Notes: generated by a model from the letters alone, not told the origin. A stretch of DNA of 64,000 nt from Octopus vulgaris (GCA_951406725.2 OX597826.1:68510001-68574000); one strand, 5' to 3'; shown: positions 15,716 to 31,640, counted from the first letter of the stretch. Program-made: numbers and translations.

Positions 15716-15835
15716 GTACATATATATTCACAAATACATGAAGAGAAACACTTATATTGTAACTAAATTTAAACATATATGTACAGTATGTACAGACACA
15801 CATGCACACTCACAGACTATCATGTACATACATAT

Positions 15836-15883
<48 letters not shown>

Positions 15884-16458
15884 CATATATGGATATACAT
15901 ATATATATATGTGTGTGTGTGTATATATATACATATACATGCATGCAGACACACAAGCACACAAATATATATGAATGTATGTATTCACCACTGACATTAG
16001 TTAATACCAAACTAAACGTACCAATTAATTAAATACTTGACTGATACTAATTTTATCGAATCTCGACGGCATGAAACGGGAGGTCTACCTCGACGAGATT
16101 TGAACACAGATATATGAGTAGACTGACCTTAAGAATCCAACAGGCATTTTTCTCCAGCAATCTGGATATTGTGTTTTTTAACACCTCTGCTTATGCTTCC
16201 ATGCTAACAACTCCCTAACGCATCCATTTGAGGGAGGTACTGGCGATAGCAAATTCGCAGGACTGGGAAGTGGGGTGCGTTATTCTCAAAGAAAACGGTT
16301 CGTTTCATGTTGCTCAAAGGTATTCAGCTATAAATTTGTACGTCGTCCCGTTCAGGTAGAATATTGTGACTTCCGTCGTCACTTATACGCTCCCAAAAAA
16401 CGAATATCCTTCTATGAGAGTACTAAGACTACAGACGGTAATATCCAGGGGTTGATCA

Positions 16459-16482
16459 TGATGTCGACGACGACGACGAAGC

Positions 16483-16536
<54 letters not shown>

Positions 16537-16556
16537 CGATGATGATGATGATGATA

Positions 16557-16587
<31 letters not shown>

Positions 16588-16782
16588 CGACGACGATGAT
16601 GATGATGATGATGATGATGATGAAGTTGATGATGATGATGATGATGATAATGATGATGGTGATTATGATGATGATTATGATGATGATGATTATGATGATG
16701 ATGATGATGATGATGATTATGATGATGATGATGATGAGGATGATGATGGTGGGGGCGGTGATGGTGGTGCTGCTGCTGATGA
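16459..16782 (+). repeat. (ATG)n microsatellite
   Basis: Direct reading. Confidence 0.95.
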
Positions 16783-17828
16783 TATTGTTAACTTGCCTCT
16801 TCCTGTTTATCTTTTAATCAATTTGGAAAGATGAAGGGAAAGATGATTCTCTTCCAGATTTGAACTGATGTTATTGGGATGGAGCGTGTTACTTTGTCCT
16901 ATGATCTACCTATCTTGGCATGCAACCCTTCTCGCATTGATTAAACCTAATATAAACACAATATTAGGGGGAAGTATTTGATAAGATTGATCCTGTGGAA
17001 TTGATTTTTATCGATTAAGGTTAGACGGTCGACCTATACTAAAACAGAACATGCAACCATGTAACAGAATAATTCAATACTTCGATGCGCATGTCGGCAA
17101 GTATTTATCTTATGTACGAAACTGCATATATTTGGAGAGAGATAAAAGTCGATAATACTAAAGCCAGGACACGGGAGATCGATATTTAATTCGTCCTTAC
17201 TCAGCCGGAAGGATGATCTCAAAATTGATAGGGCCAACAAAAAGTTGAACTTAGTACATTAGGTTACGTGAGAAACCGCAATGAGATGCAGTACACTTTT
17301 TTTGAAAGGGATAGGTCGTCCCCAGGGAGCTCATTGTATTGGCCACAAAATGCAAGGAAACCAAAAATCTGACTATGTTGGAATGTGGAGTAAAAAGTGA
17401 CAGACAGATAACATACAGAGCAATGTTGTAACTATCAGATATAGGGAACAATCCAGAAACTTGTGTATAAAAGGAATCTAATAAGATATTCGGTAATCAG
17501 AAAAATATCACACAGATCACAAACACTGTCATAAATACAAGAGAACAAATGAAGAAAAAGACAGATCTTGTTCCTACCGAAGTATGTTTAGACCGATGTA
17601 ATAGAGACATCATGGCAATATATGAACATGAACGGATAAAATAAGGGAATACACAGGCTAGTTTCAATATTTGTATTGGAAATTCGTCAGTGAGTGACCA
17701 TGTACCAAATTTATGTATTCACTAAACTATTGGTTATCAACAGTTTTTAACAGCAGGATTAGGTAAATAGGCCCCCACACACACACGCACATACACACAC
17801 ACACATACACACATATATATATATATAT

Positions 17829-17885
<57 letters not shown>

Positions 17886-19420
17886 TAGAGATTGATAGAC
17901 AGACAGATAGATTGAGATTGATAGATAGATACATAGATTCGTGCGTACATACATACATGCATAACTACATACATGGAGGTATTTCTAAAGGTCTATAGGG
18001 ATGGCAAGGGAAGAAGAAGTTAAGTAATGTTTCTGCTACAAAAGGCAATGCACTCATAATCGAGTGCTCGAGACTACACTTTTGACACTTCAACGCATCT
18101 GTGAGGGGTTACACAACCATACAGCGATGAGTGAATTACGTCCTATATCAGAAACAGCTGTAAGGAACTGAAGTTCACTACTGGAGTTCATTTCTTGCTC
18201 GCTTGTCCACTACATAATATCTTATTATGTTCTGTACTCGTCTAGCGTATATATAACACATATTCTCCATATTTTACACATTATTGACAGCGCGTTCGAT
18301 TATCAATTAATATTGTGTTTTCATTGTTTTCACTACTGAATATATATGTTGATTTTTCTTTTATGATAGTATATGTATAGACACATAGAAACAAATGCCT
18401 TATCTGGTGCGTAAAATATCTCCATGTCCAAGTGTAGATAAGCCATTAAGCTATTAATATCTTCAGTATTAATATTTAAGATAAGCCATTAAAGAATAAA
18501 ATGTTTTTCAAGATAGAAATTCTCTTGAGTGTTGGGGAAGAGAATCAGGGTACACGGCTTCAGACAAATACCAGTGTAGAACAGTGTGTAAAATCAATTT
18601 TAGTTAGGTTTCAGTCTACGGAGGAAAAGTTGTTTACATTTACAAGGAAAAGTGTAACAAAAAAGTTAGTAGATATATCTACATCATATTTCTTAAAGAT
18701 CTTTTGATAACTGTTGGCTTGTGAATAAAATTGATAACTAAATACATAGAAACATTCACACACACACTTATGTATATGTATATATATATATATATATATA
18801 CGCATATGCATATGTATATAATTAATTTTAACATCTAAATATAACTACATAGGTAGACACACATACACACACCAGAAACATATAAATTAAAATAACATTA
18901 AAATCAAATTTCAGGAAAAAACTTATTACGTTGGGAAGAGGAAATTTGAATATATTATGCATATTATTTTAAGTTTCCTTATGTCGCTTGACTCAGAGTT
19001 TTCTGAAGTGAATATGCATGTATGCATGTATATATATATATATATATATACATACACAAATTAGGGTATAAATACCACTTGCTAAAATCAAAGCGATAGC
19101 TCCTAAAACCATCATAAAAATTACGATAAAGATATACATGAACAATGCAATGAACGTTTCAGAAATGATTTCGCAGTGGAAACCTCAGCCATGAAAATCG
19201 TGAACGTAGTGGAGAAATATCTGTCATCGACGACGGTCGATTAAAGACAATCATTAAGAAAGATCCACGTAAAACCTCTCGAGAACTAGCAAAAGAGCTT
19301 CAAGTTAGCCAGGAAACTACCTGCAACAATTTGCAGGCGATCGGAAAATCAGAATAACTCGACAAATGGGTGCCACACGATTGGAATGAAAATCAGAAAA
19401 TGCGCAGATATGAAATTTGC

Positions 19421-19477
19421 TCGTCGCCTTCTCGTTGCCTTCTCGTTGCCTTCTCGTCGCCTTCTCCTTGCCTTCTC
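19421..19477 (+). repeat. 11-bp minisatellite (tcgtygccttc) x5 inside the mariner
   Basis: Direct tandem copies, one of them variant (tccttgccttc). Confidence 0.85.
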
Positions 19478-19696
19478 TCCGTAACCAGACCGATCCATTT
19501 CTCGACCGTATTGTAACTTGAGATGAAAAGTGGGTTCTGTACAATAGTAACAAAAAACGTTCTTCGCAGTGGTTGGGCCAAAATAAAGCTCCAAAAACCT
19601 TCCCTAAAACCGATCTCTTCAAAAAGAAGGTTATGGTGAGTGTCTGTTGCTGTACTGCTGGACTCATCCACTTCTTAAAACCCGGCAAAAACCATT

Positions 19697-20110
19697 TCTG
19701 TCTCTATGACTTTATTGCCCACACAGAGGGGACAAACATGGACAGACAAGATAATTAAGTCAATTACATAGACCCCAGCGTATAACTGGTACTTATTTAA
19801 TCGACCCCGAAAGGATGACCGCCAAAGTCGACCTCGACGGAATTTGAAATCAGAACGTAACGGAAGACGAAATACCTATTTCTTTACTACCCACAAGGGG
19901 CTAAACATAGAGAGGACAAACACAGACAGAAAAACGGATTAAGTCGATTATATCGACGCCAGTGCATAACTGGTACTTAATTTATCGAACCCGAAAGGAT
20001 GAAAGGCAAAGTCGACCTCGGCGGAATTTGAAATAACAACGAAACGACAGACGAAATACCTCTATGCATTTTGCCCGGTGTGCTAACGTTTCTGCCAGCT
20101 CACCGCCTTC
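19697..20110 (-). mobile_element. SINE family A dimer inserted in the mariner
   Basis: Two units. TSD gg(c/a)aaaaaccatt at 19684-19696 and 20112-20124. Confidence 0.88.
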
Positions 20111-20519
20111 TGGAAAAAACCATTCCAGCAGAAAAATATTGCCATGGACTTGCCAAAATAAACGAAAAACTGCTACTCCTTCTCCGCAAACTAGTGAACA
20201 GAGGGGGGGAAATTTTTTTTCACGACAAGGCTCGACCACACGTTTCATTAATGACGGTCCAGAAGTTGAGGAAACTTTGCTACGAATTTCTTTCACACCC
20301 AGTTTATTCCCCAGATATTCTTCTACTGACTACTATTTGACAATCGATGTTGGTGTGTTTACGTCTTTGTAACTTAGCAATTCGGCAGAAAAACCGATCG
20401 AATAAATACCCGGCTAACAAAGAATAGGATCAGAGTTCGATTTCTCCGACTAAAAAAGGCGGTGCTTCAGCTAGGCCCTAGTCAAATGACTGAAACAAGT
20501 GAAAGAATGAAATAGTATA

Positions 20520-20617
<98 letters not shown>

Positions 20618-20623
20618 CGTAGT

Positions 20624-20957
20624 GCAGGCGCATGGCTCAGTGGTTAGAGCGTCGAGCTTACGATACTGAGGTTGTGAGATCGAATCTCGGACCGGGATGC
20701 GTGTTGTGTTCTTGACCAAGACACTTTATTTCACGTTGCTCCAGTTCAATCACCTGTAGAAATAAGTTGCCACGTCGCTGGTGCCAAGCTGTATCGGCCT
20801 TTACCTTTCCCTTGGATAACATCAGTGGTGTGGAGAAGGGAGGCCGGGAAGTATGGGCGACTACAGGCTTTCCATAAACAACGTTGACTCGACCTGTGCC
20901 TCGGAAGGTAACTTTTTAGGTGCAATCACATGGTCAGTCATGACTGAAGGGGGTCTC
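20624..20957 (+). mobile_element. tRNA-derived SINE family C
   Basis: A box tggctcagtgg, B-box-like gatcgaatc, tgttcttgaccaagacact core. A 3' fragment recurs inverted at 57790-57920. Confidence 0.8.
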
Positions 20958-20971
20958 AGCATATAAATATA

Positions 20972-21014
<43 letters not shown>

Positions 21015-21045
21015 CACATACATACTCATACATACATAGTCACAG

Positions 21046-21124
<79 letters not shown>

Positions 21125-21569
21125 CAGACAGATATGGAAAGAGGAACTGAAATAGAAAATATGCTGTTAGGTGTCAAATGTTAATGATTCTTTCTACACG
21201 AAGACACCAATTAGATGCCTTAGTGTCTGATATTTAGACTACAGGTGATAAGAGGTCAATATCTAGTCGAATATTCACAAATGGTTATTCAATAAACAGC
21301 AGGTCGAGGCATTCCCCTGCCTGCAAGTGTGCCTGGAAGATGGATATATGCTGAGTGTATACATGATGCGTGTGTGTGTGTGTCTGTGTGTGTGTTATGA
21401 CTGCAAATCAGGTTAAGCCAATTTTCAGTAAAGCTTCATATTTTGCAGAGTTGTGATATATCTGTTCCACAGTGATTTATAGACAAGGAATATTAACAGA
21501 CACGCTAACGCGTGTGGACGTATATACTGTACGCATATATCTACATATGAAAATATATATATATATGCA

Positions 21570-21612
<43 letters not shown>

Positions 21613-21885
21613 GTATGTATGTACGTATGTATATATATGTGTATGTATGTATATTTATGTATATATAAGTATACAACCATATATATGTATGTATCACACC
21701 AACATATATACAAATATATATATAAAAGGTATACAAATATATAAAATAACGTGAACACGTATTCATAAATACGTATATATTCGTTCTTGTATATATATGT
21801 GTACATGTATGTATATATCTATATGTGTGTATATATTTGTATATATATGTGCATGTATAAATATACATATATATCTATCTATATG

Positions 21886-21940
<55 letters not shown>

Positions 21941-21953
21941 TTATATATGTATG

Positions 21954-21987
<34 letters not shown>

Positions 21988-22349
21988 GGTATATATAGAA
22001 AGATAGAGAAAATAAGTGAAAGAGAAAGACAGAGAAATGTACCTGTGTGCGAGCATATTGATATGTATGTGTTTAGCTCTGCATTTTAACTGCTCTTCAT
22101 GCCGCATCCTCTTATGCCCCATTGCGGTTCGACAGTTAGGAATCGATATAATATGCAGCAGACTAAAGTTAGCACAGGTCGATGGAATCGATACATAGCG
22201 TTGCAGTTGGTATAACAACAAAGCGACAGTTCAAAACTGCGACCAATAAAAATATAAATCTATATAAATGCGTATGTGTTACCTTTATGCATCGATACAC
22301 ACATCATATATAGTTATATGTATGTGCGTGTATGCGTCTGTGTGTATGC

Positions 22350-22399
<50 letters not shown>

Positions 22400-22530
22400 A
22401 TACGTATATACTTTTAATCTTTTACTGGTTCTAGTCAGAGGTTGCGGCCGCGCTGGAATACGACATGTCAGTCATTTTGGGTCTATTTTCCGTACTTATA
22501 TCACTATGTATCCATCCATGCGTCCATCTG

Positions 22531-22563
<33 letters not shown>

Positions 22564-22595
22564 TTATATACAAATATTTGTATATATTATTTATG

Positions 22596-22753
<158 letters not shown>

Positions 22754-22986
22754 CATACGTATCTATGCATAAGTGTACATATATTTATATATTTATATAT
22801 GCATACGCACACAGAAACACTCTCACAGACACTCACATATATATGTACGTATGTTTCTTTGTATGTATGTATGGATGTATCTATCTATCTATCTATATAT
22901 ATATATATATATATATATACAAATATGTATAAATATATATGTATATATATTCGTATATGTATATATATATATGTATATATACATAC

Positions 22987-23040
<54 letters not shown>

Positions 23041-23575
23041 CAGATAGATAGATAGATAGATATACTCGCAAACATACACCCCCTTACATACTCATAAATC
23101 TTATATGGTAATGCAGTGTGGTTGCAGAGATTGATTTATGGAAAGCAATCCAGTCGCCAGTGACCTGTATATATCTTTCTGTTGGTGAATGACTTTTATC
23201 ATAAGATTTATTTTGTATGCCTACATTGACTTCCGGTTCATTCGTAGCGACAATAAGATGGGCAACACAGACACTCTGTAACAATAGGTAAAAGATTTGA
23301 TTAAATACGATTATAAATCTGACAATCTACTGAATCTAGTAATAGGCATCATTCAATGTCTTGATAGCAAACAGATTATCTCAAGAACTCTATATATGTT
23401 GTGGGTCATATTTGTTGTGCACTGAATCTGTCTCTCTCTCTCTCTCTGTCAAGTTTCTCTCTTTATTTTTCTCCCTCTCTTCCTGGTCTCCGTTCTTTAT
23501 CTAAATATAAGTGTGTCGGCGCAGCTGTTTTTGAATACAAATCTATATGTATCTATCTGTGAGAGTATCTGTGTC

Positions 23576-23621
<46 letters not shown>

Positions 23622-23624
23622 TAT

Positions 23625-23726
<102 letters not shown>

Positions 23727-23729
23727 GCA

Positions 23730-23774
<45 letters not shown>

Positions 23775-23825
23775 ATGTATGTATATATATATGTATGTAT
23801 GCACACACATATACCTACATATATT

Positions 23826-24190
23826 CTCTTTTTATTTGTGTCAGTCATCTAGCTCCGGCCATGCTGGAGCACCGCCTTTAGTCGAGCAAATCGACACCAG
23901 TAATTATTATCTGTAAGCTTAGTACTTATTCTTTCGGTCTCTTTTAACGAACCTCTAAGTTACGTGGACGCAAACACACCAGCAACGGCTGTCAAGCGAC
24001 AAACAAACACACATATATATATATAGGACGGGTTTCTTTCAGTTTCCGTCTATCAAATTCACTCACAAGGCTTTGGTTGGCTCGAGGATATAATAGAAAA
24101 GTTTTATCCAAGGTGCCAGGCAGTGGAACTGAACCCAGAACCATGTGGTTGGGAAGCAAGCTAGTTATCACATAGCCACTCCTACGCCTA
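23826..24190 (-). mobile_element. SINE family B
   Basis: Colinear with the 27384-27810 copy. Confidence 0.85.
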
Positions 24191-24198
24191 TATAATAC

Positions 24199-24248
<50 letters not shown>

Positions 24249-24807
24249 GTCTGTGTGTGTGTGTGTGTATGCATATATATATACACACATACGTATCTAC
24301 ATACACACTGGCTGAATAAACATACCTTGATTCACTAAAACGTGGCTTCCTCTTCCGTTCCAATACGGGGGTGCTTTTTGTAAGTGTTTTCTACTCAAGT
24401 CCCAAGCGGACCAATGTGGATTTAATAGAGGAAAACTGAAAGAAGCATTGCGGTATATATGTATGTGTATTTGTGTGTGGGTGGGTGTCCCACCACAGCT
24501 TGACAAATGGTGTTGTTATATTTACATTCCTGTGACAAATCGAACAAATACATATTCAGCCAGTAATAATTAATTCTCACTCAATTATTTCTAATTTAAT
24601 GCTATTGTTTTAATCAATCCACCAATAAATCTCTCAATAAATCTTTCAATCATTCAATCAATCAATGAATAAATGAATAAATTAATCTATGTAACAATCT
24701 TTCTTTCAGTCTATCTCTCTGTGTATACATGTATGTATGCATGTCTGTATATATGTATGAGTGTATGTATATATCTATCAGTCTATCTAGTTATCTATCA
24801 ATCTGTA

Positions 24808-24838
<31 letters not shown>

Positions 24839-26149
24839 GTTTATATCTATTTCTATATGTGCATCAACAGATAAATGATGGCCGGTCGTTACAGCTCAAT
24901 TCGCGGAAATATTGTTGAAAGACATAAATTGGTACAATAAGAGTTTTCCTACATGCATGTTTGACGGCGTAGGTTTGTTTAGTAATCAAAACTGCGACAT
25001 AATACTCATGTAAAATTGGGAAAGAATATAGCCCGGATCCGAATGTTTCGCAGGATCCCAACAATTAGCTCAATTAAGAAAAGCCTTATTGTATGTTACA
25101 ATTTGCAATAGAGTCTGTAATTTAAAGAACAAATGTATAAGAAAAACAATTAAGAGATATAAAACAACTAACAAAAATAAGGTGCTGACTATTAATACAT
25201 ATGTAACATATGTAAGCGAATATAGTAAATGATAAAACACGAAAAATGTAAATGCTCGAACCTCTACAAATTACTATGGAATAATAAACGATTCAGAACA
25301 TTGTGCAAATAACCTAAAACATAAAAGGGAATACGAAGAATATATAAAGGGATTATGAGGAATATTTATGAATAAGAAATCCTATATGTTGAAATCATTC
25401 CAAGACAATATAAAGGTGGAAATAAATGAAGAATTACAAAGTATCTTTCTATGGAATGGTGAAAGAGCCTTCTAAGTATAAAATTCAACGATAAGAAAGC
25501 AACAACCATAAAACAGCGAATCTGGTCATCGGAGATTTAGTTAAATCGAAACAGCAACATCAATATCAGATTAAATAAATTATCAAATGCAACAGGCGTA
25601 GTTGTTGAGGAGATAAATGAATATTCTTTCAGATGTAAATGATAAAGGGCTATCAAAACCCAGTAACGCAGAGAAATATTTAGAGTCAAAGACTGAGAAT
25701 AAGGGAAAAAAGTTCTTTCAGCCTTTAATGAAATCCATAACAAAATGCAACGAAAGACAAGGAAGGAAAGACAAATACTTCAGAAATATAAGACAGCTAA
25801 AAAAAATATTTAAAAATTGTTCGAAATCAAAGGATGGTTGAAACAGGAGATCCTTCACTAAATTGCAAAGAATCAGTTTATATGGAAAACGGCAATTCTT
25901 TGAAGAATACAAAGACTGCGACACTAAGCGAAAATGATATTATCAAGAACTCGGTACAAATAAGCTGAAAATCAATACAACACTAACAGCACGCAGTGAG
26001 AGAACCATCACGAAGAAAATTGTTCGAAACAATGAAAACAGCATTGGAACAATGAAGAGAGGCCATAGTGACTGATGTAGGACAGCTGTCGCAATAAATA
26101 AATAGATGAATAAATAAATAAATAAAGGAATAAATAAATAAATTAATTA

Positions 26150-27010
26150 ATAAATAGATAATTAAAATCAAATCAAAAATGAAAGAAAGAATAACTAGAA
26201 CTCAACAGGTTTTCTGGTTTGAATGTTTAAAAGGAACGCACGACATACCAGCAGATATGTTTATTGAGATAGTGACGCAGCCGTAGACTACAGCTGACAG
26301 TTCATTGTAAGGAAAAACATCCTATGTTATTTCAGAAACAACGGACCATTAACAACTATGTGATATCCTTCAGAGTACAAACCAGTATCTGCGATAATAT
26401 CACTGAAAGAAATTTACACCTGTAGAATTCAAATCTGTTTCGATAGGAGCACAAGGGATGTTTCCAAATAGATATGGTTGTGAAGATCAACTGCTGATCA
26501 AAAGATTCCTATCATAGGAGGCGCATTAGTTATGATTAAAAAAATATTCAGACAAATACATAACAAAAACACCAGGACTTACAAATATATATTAACATAC
26601 CGGAAATTGCACTACTAGGCACTGCACACATCCTACGCAGAACACTTTCAATACAGTAACCATCAGAGCACCACAACAAATCACAACACATACTCAAGGT
26701 GCCCTGGGAATGATAGCTAACTAGCTCAGATGCCAGGAAACCCAAAAATTGCAGAAATTCAGAAGGTAGTGTACATGGGAACTGCTCATATCCTACGCAA
26801 AATACTTTCTATGTAATCTCAAATTTTAAAACAGTCACATAAGTTTCTTATGGTTCCTTAAACATTCTCAAGAATACTATGTACAAAACCGAATATACGG
26901 CAGCCTAGGCATAACACCAACATGAACTTCCAACTTGTTGACGCTTGAGGTCTCTGGGTGAGACTTGGAGCCAACTTGTACAAATGTAAAGCAAAAGTCA
27001 AACATGAAAT
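26150..27010 (+). mobile_element. Decayed R4/Dong-like LINE pieces with two tandem 3' ends
   Basis: YGCEDQLLIK (about 26473), IALLGTAHILRRTLS* (about 26605-26660), EIQKVVYMGTAHILRKILSM* (about 26753-26816), followed by (AAC)n/(AAT)n. Confidence 0.7.
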
Positions 27011-27084
27011 AACAACAACAACAACACCAACAATAATAATAATGATAATGATAATAATATTGATAATAATAATGATGATAATGT

Positions 27085-27135
<51 letters not shown>

Positions 27136-27383
27136 GGATGATGATGATGATGATGATAGAAAACATGAACAGAATGAAAAATAGCTGTTTTGTTTCTCTT
27201 TAAGGATGTCAATAACTACATAGCAAATGCTGAAATGAGAAATAGTTATGAAGAAAAAAAGAGAAACATGGCGAAAACTGGAAAATTTCCAATCTAAGCT
27301 AAAAGTAAGGGTAGAGTGTATCATGATAAGGCGATGGTTAGTAACAGTAAAATATGAAAAGAATGAAATTTTAGTCGTTTACA

Positions 27384-27565
27384 CTTTTACTTGTTTCAGT
27401 CATTTGACTGCGGCCATGCTGGATCACCGCCTTTAGTCGAGCAAATCGACTCCAGAACTTATTCTTTGGAAGCCTCATACTTATTCTATCGGTCGATTTT
27501 GCCGAACCGCTAAGTTACACGGTCGTAAACACGACAGCATCGGTTGTAAAGCGATGTTGGGGGGA

Positions 27566-27631
<66 letters not shown>

Positions 27632-27810
27632 CACATACATATATACGACGAGCTTCTTTCAGTTTCCGTCTACCAAATCCACTCACAAGACTTTGGTCGG
27701 CCCGAGGCTATAGTAGAAGACACCTGCCCAAGGTGCCACGCAGTGGGACTGAACCCGGAACCATGTGGTTGGTAAGCAAGCTACTTACCACACAGCCACT
27801 CCTGTGCCTA
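27384..27810 (-). mobile_element. tRNA-derived SINE family B, full length, with internal (TA)n(TG)n tract
   Basis: Head ggagtggctgtgtggtaag, B-box-like ggttcagtccc, CORE-like ccttgggcaggtg, tail gcagtcaaatgactgaaacaagtaaaag. Confidence 0.88.
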
Positions 27811-28668
27811 TTCATGAAATTATCATATCATACATTTGTATTGGAATAAATCGAGCCAAGGTGAAAATGGCAAAGATGTGAAGAAAAACATTAGCTTCGA
27901 GATGCTAAATAACGCAGGTAAGCCTTACACATGCAAATCAAAGAAAACGCGTAACAAAATATAGCCAAACCTTAAAACAAACACCTACTAAATAATGAAC
28001 TACGAAAACTGAGCGAGAATAATGCAAATAAAAATATGAATGAAAGGGAACTATGAGAAGAAGCAAGAATAGAGAATTCTGAAAATGGAGGTTCTGAATA
28101 TGAGAATAATCTAAAGGTGGATAGAGTTAAACAATTAAAATCGATAGAAGGACTTCATATGAATCCATGAAAGACGGTGAGATTAAACTCACCTATGAAA
28201 TTGCAACAAAAACATATGCAACAATAACGATAGTAACTTTGTGAATTTTTGGTTTACTACAAACAGACGCGAACTTCAATATCAGCAGGTAAGCCAAATA
28301 ATGTACATAGCAGCCACAGTAGTTCCAATCAAAGGAAAATGGCCACTCCTCAGAATTACTCGTATAGGAATATCAAAGCCTAAACTTAAAAAGTAGAAAA
28401 ACAAACACACGGAAAATTATAGAAAATATATGAGGAAAGTTTTGTGAATCCTTAATGAAATTTATAAAGAAATTTACTTGAAATAACAAAGGGAAACAAA
28501 TACGATTTGTATAGAACATCACACACAAAGTACCCGGCATCAAAGACGAAATGAATCAAGAAAAACTGTCTTACGTAATGAAAGCCACGATAATTCTTTC
28601 AACAAAGCGAAAGTTTCAACTCCATCTCTGGAGATTTATCAATAACTATACATACATATACATAAATG

Positions 28669-28745
<77 letters not shown>

Positions 28746-28762
28746 TTTGTATATATATATAT

Positions 28763-28904
<142 letters not shown>

Positions 28905-29034
28905 GGTTTGGCGATACAGGCAGTTATGTATAGAGTTCGAAATATGATTATATATATATTTGCTAATATTCGGCTGCTGAAGTAACAGATAAATTCAAGG
29001 CCCGATTTTTGGATATGCGGCTGGCTGTAAGTAC

Positions 29035-29079
29035 ATGCTTCTGACGAAGCCCAAAGAGGCAGAAATGCACATCTAGCAT
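29035..29079 (+). ncRNA. Minimal hammerhead-like motif
   Basis: atgctt-CTGACGA-a-gcc(caaaga)ggc-a-GAAA-t(gcac)a-TC-tagcat. Intact core, AUC triplet, stem I atgct/agcat with one mismatch at the junction. Confidence 0.55.
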
Positions 29080-29283
29080 TCTAATCGTGGCTACAGAATT
29101 ATTTTCATTTTCAGCTGAGTCTTTCTAGGCAGAACATGCCAGTAAGTGATGTTATCCATGAATGAATACTGCACGTCATATGTTTGCCTGGCGTATTTGC
29201 ATTAAACACAAATACACAAACAGCGATATATAAACATGCATATGTATGCATATGTGTGAGTGTATCCGTGTGTGTGTACATAT

Positions 29284-29512
29284 ACCTATTTCTTTATTAC
29301 CCACAAGGGGCTAAACATAGAGGGGACAAACAAGGACAGACATAGGTATTAAGTCGATTACATCGATCCCAGTACGTAACTGGTACTTAATTTATCGACC
29401 CCTAATGGATGAAAGGCAAAGGCGACCTCGGCGGAATTTGAACTCACAACGTAACGGCAGACGAAATACCGCTAAGCAATTCGCCCGGCGTGCTAACGTT
29501 TCTGCCAGCTCG
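29284..29512 (-). mobile_element. SINE family A monomer
   Basis: Full body matching the 9230 copy. Confidence 0.88.
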
Positions 29513-30425
29513 TACATATATACATATACCCCAACACTCGTATATATATACATATAACCCCACACGTACATATATACATATAAACCAATGTACAACCAAC
29601 ATGATTCGGAAGTTATATAAGCAACCGTGACGAGAAGGCCACAGAAAATATTTGCTTTAACTAAATAATCGTACCGTGTCATAGCGAATGGATATGTAGT
29701 GCAGATGCTAAATATAATTTTCTAGCAACAGTTTAGCATCGGAAAATGATAAAATCGTTTTTATGACCCACTTTAAAAGACGACCCATCACTTCAATGAC
29801 TCATTGATAAGCGTTTCATCATAATATTTCAAGAATCAGCAAACTGTACAACCGAAGCCTTATCTGTAATACTCTGGATTATAAGAAATTATATGGACAA
29901 AAATCTTCTTCAAGCTATATGCTTCATAAACAATTAGAAACACTTCTATGCATAGTCCACGAAAAAATCGATTTGAAATTTTACGTAAACATAAACATGA
30001 ATCAACAGAATGTTATTTAACATAGAAACATTTAATATCTAGGCATCAGTGAACGAATCAAAGTAAAACACGTACAAAAAGGTAGTAGGGGTGATAATTA
30101 ATATACATTATATTACTTGGTATTGTTAGGAAGTATTTGCTAAGCAGCATCTAAGTATTAGAAATACTTCGAAACTACGAACATGGGATAACAAATCTGC
30201 GGCACACTAGTCAAGTTCTATTCAAAACCATATGCTTATAGGCTATATACTATGGGCTTTGTACTGAGCAAGTGTTTTCTGCTCAATTTTTGTGTCATGA
30301 CTAAATGATTAAAATTTGTTAGACCGGCACAGGGAAGACGTCCGTCTGCAGAATGGTTCAGCTCCTTGAATCATTGATACAATCTGTCAACCGATTTAAT
30401 ACGACCGATTCTCTCTTTGGTGCTT

Positions 30426-30959
<534 letters not shown>

Positions 30960-31389
30960 TCATATGTAAGTCATGTAAAGGAACTGGTTGATGTGTTACA
31001 GACCTTGAAGAGGTAAACGACACGCGGCGATATATATAATTTGAGACAGTAGGTTTCAAAATCGTATGACCAAAAATTTGGCAAGTTAATATTCATATCT
31101 GTTACAGCAAGTTGAAAAAGTTTCTTTTTTCAACAACGGCTCCTTATTGATGTAAAATTGTGAAAAGCTTATTTGAAGCTAGGAAGAACTACTATGTTGG
31201 AACTCACGTAAGAAACGCAGCTAGTCTATTCTTGATATTGAAAATTAAATCTAATATCCCAGACGTAGCATGGTATGTTGATAATAGCCCTTCATTGTTA
31301 CACAAAACAAAACAAACGAGAGATAAGTACAGGAAACGTTACATTAAAATTCACAATGAGTTCAGTGTTTGTAGTAAAAAAAAATGACG

Positions 31390-31640
31390 CTATAAACATA
31401 AACCACAATACCTAGACAGAAAAATAGACCTAGAGACCTGTAAATATCAATCAGATACAAAACCAAACGAGAAGATCATATACCTAAATAAAAATCCTAA
31501 CCACCCTTCCGATACATATATAAAAATTAGTAAGCAATAAAAGCAGAATATTTAATATATCCTCTTCAATAACCAGCTTCAATAAAACTGCAAGTTATTA
31601 AATTAATGTATTAGAAAATGATGTTTATAGAAAGATTTAA
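31390..31640 (+). mobile_element. Penelope-like RT thumb relic
   Basis: YLDRKIDLETCKYQSDTKPNEKIIYLNKNPNHPS resembles FLD..L...Y..Y.KPN....Y....SNHP. Confidence 0.6.

Larger units (their letters stand above)
19150..20340 (+). mobile_element. Decayed mariner (DD34D) transposase, interrupted by a SINE multimer
   Basis: Motifs LDKWVPH, DPFLDRIVT*DEKW, KKVMVSV, FHDKARPH, HPVYSPD; stops and frameshifts present. Confidence 0.9.

Noticed and set aside
16275-16450. Complex-sequence ORF start (MRYSQRKRFV...)
   Set aside because: No recognisable domain, GTG start, and it runs into (ATG)n.
20624-20700. tRNA gene
   Set aside because: A and B boxes are present but there is no proper acceptor stem, and it continues into a SINE body found elsewhere.
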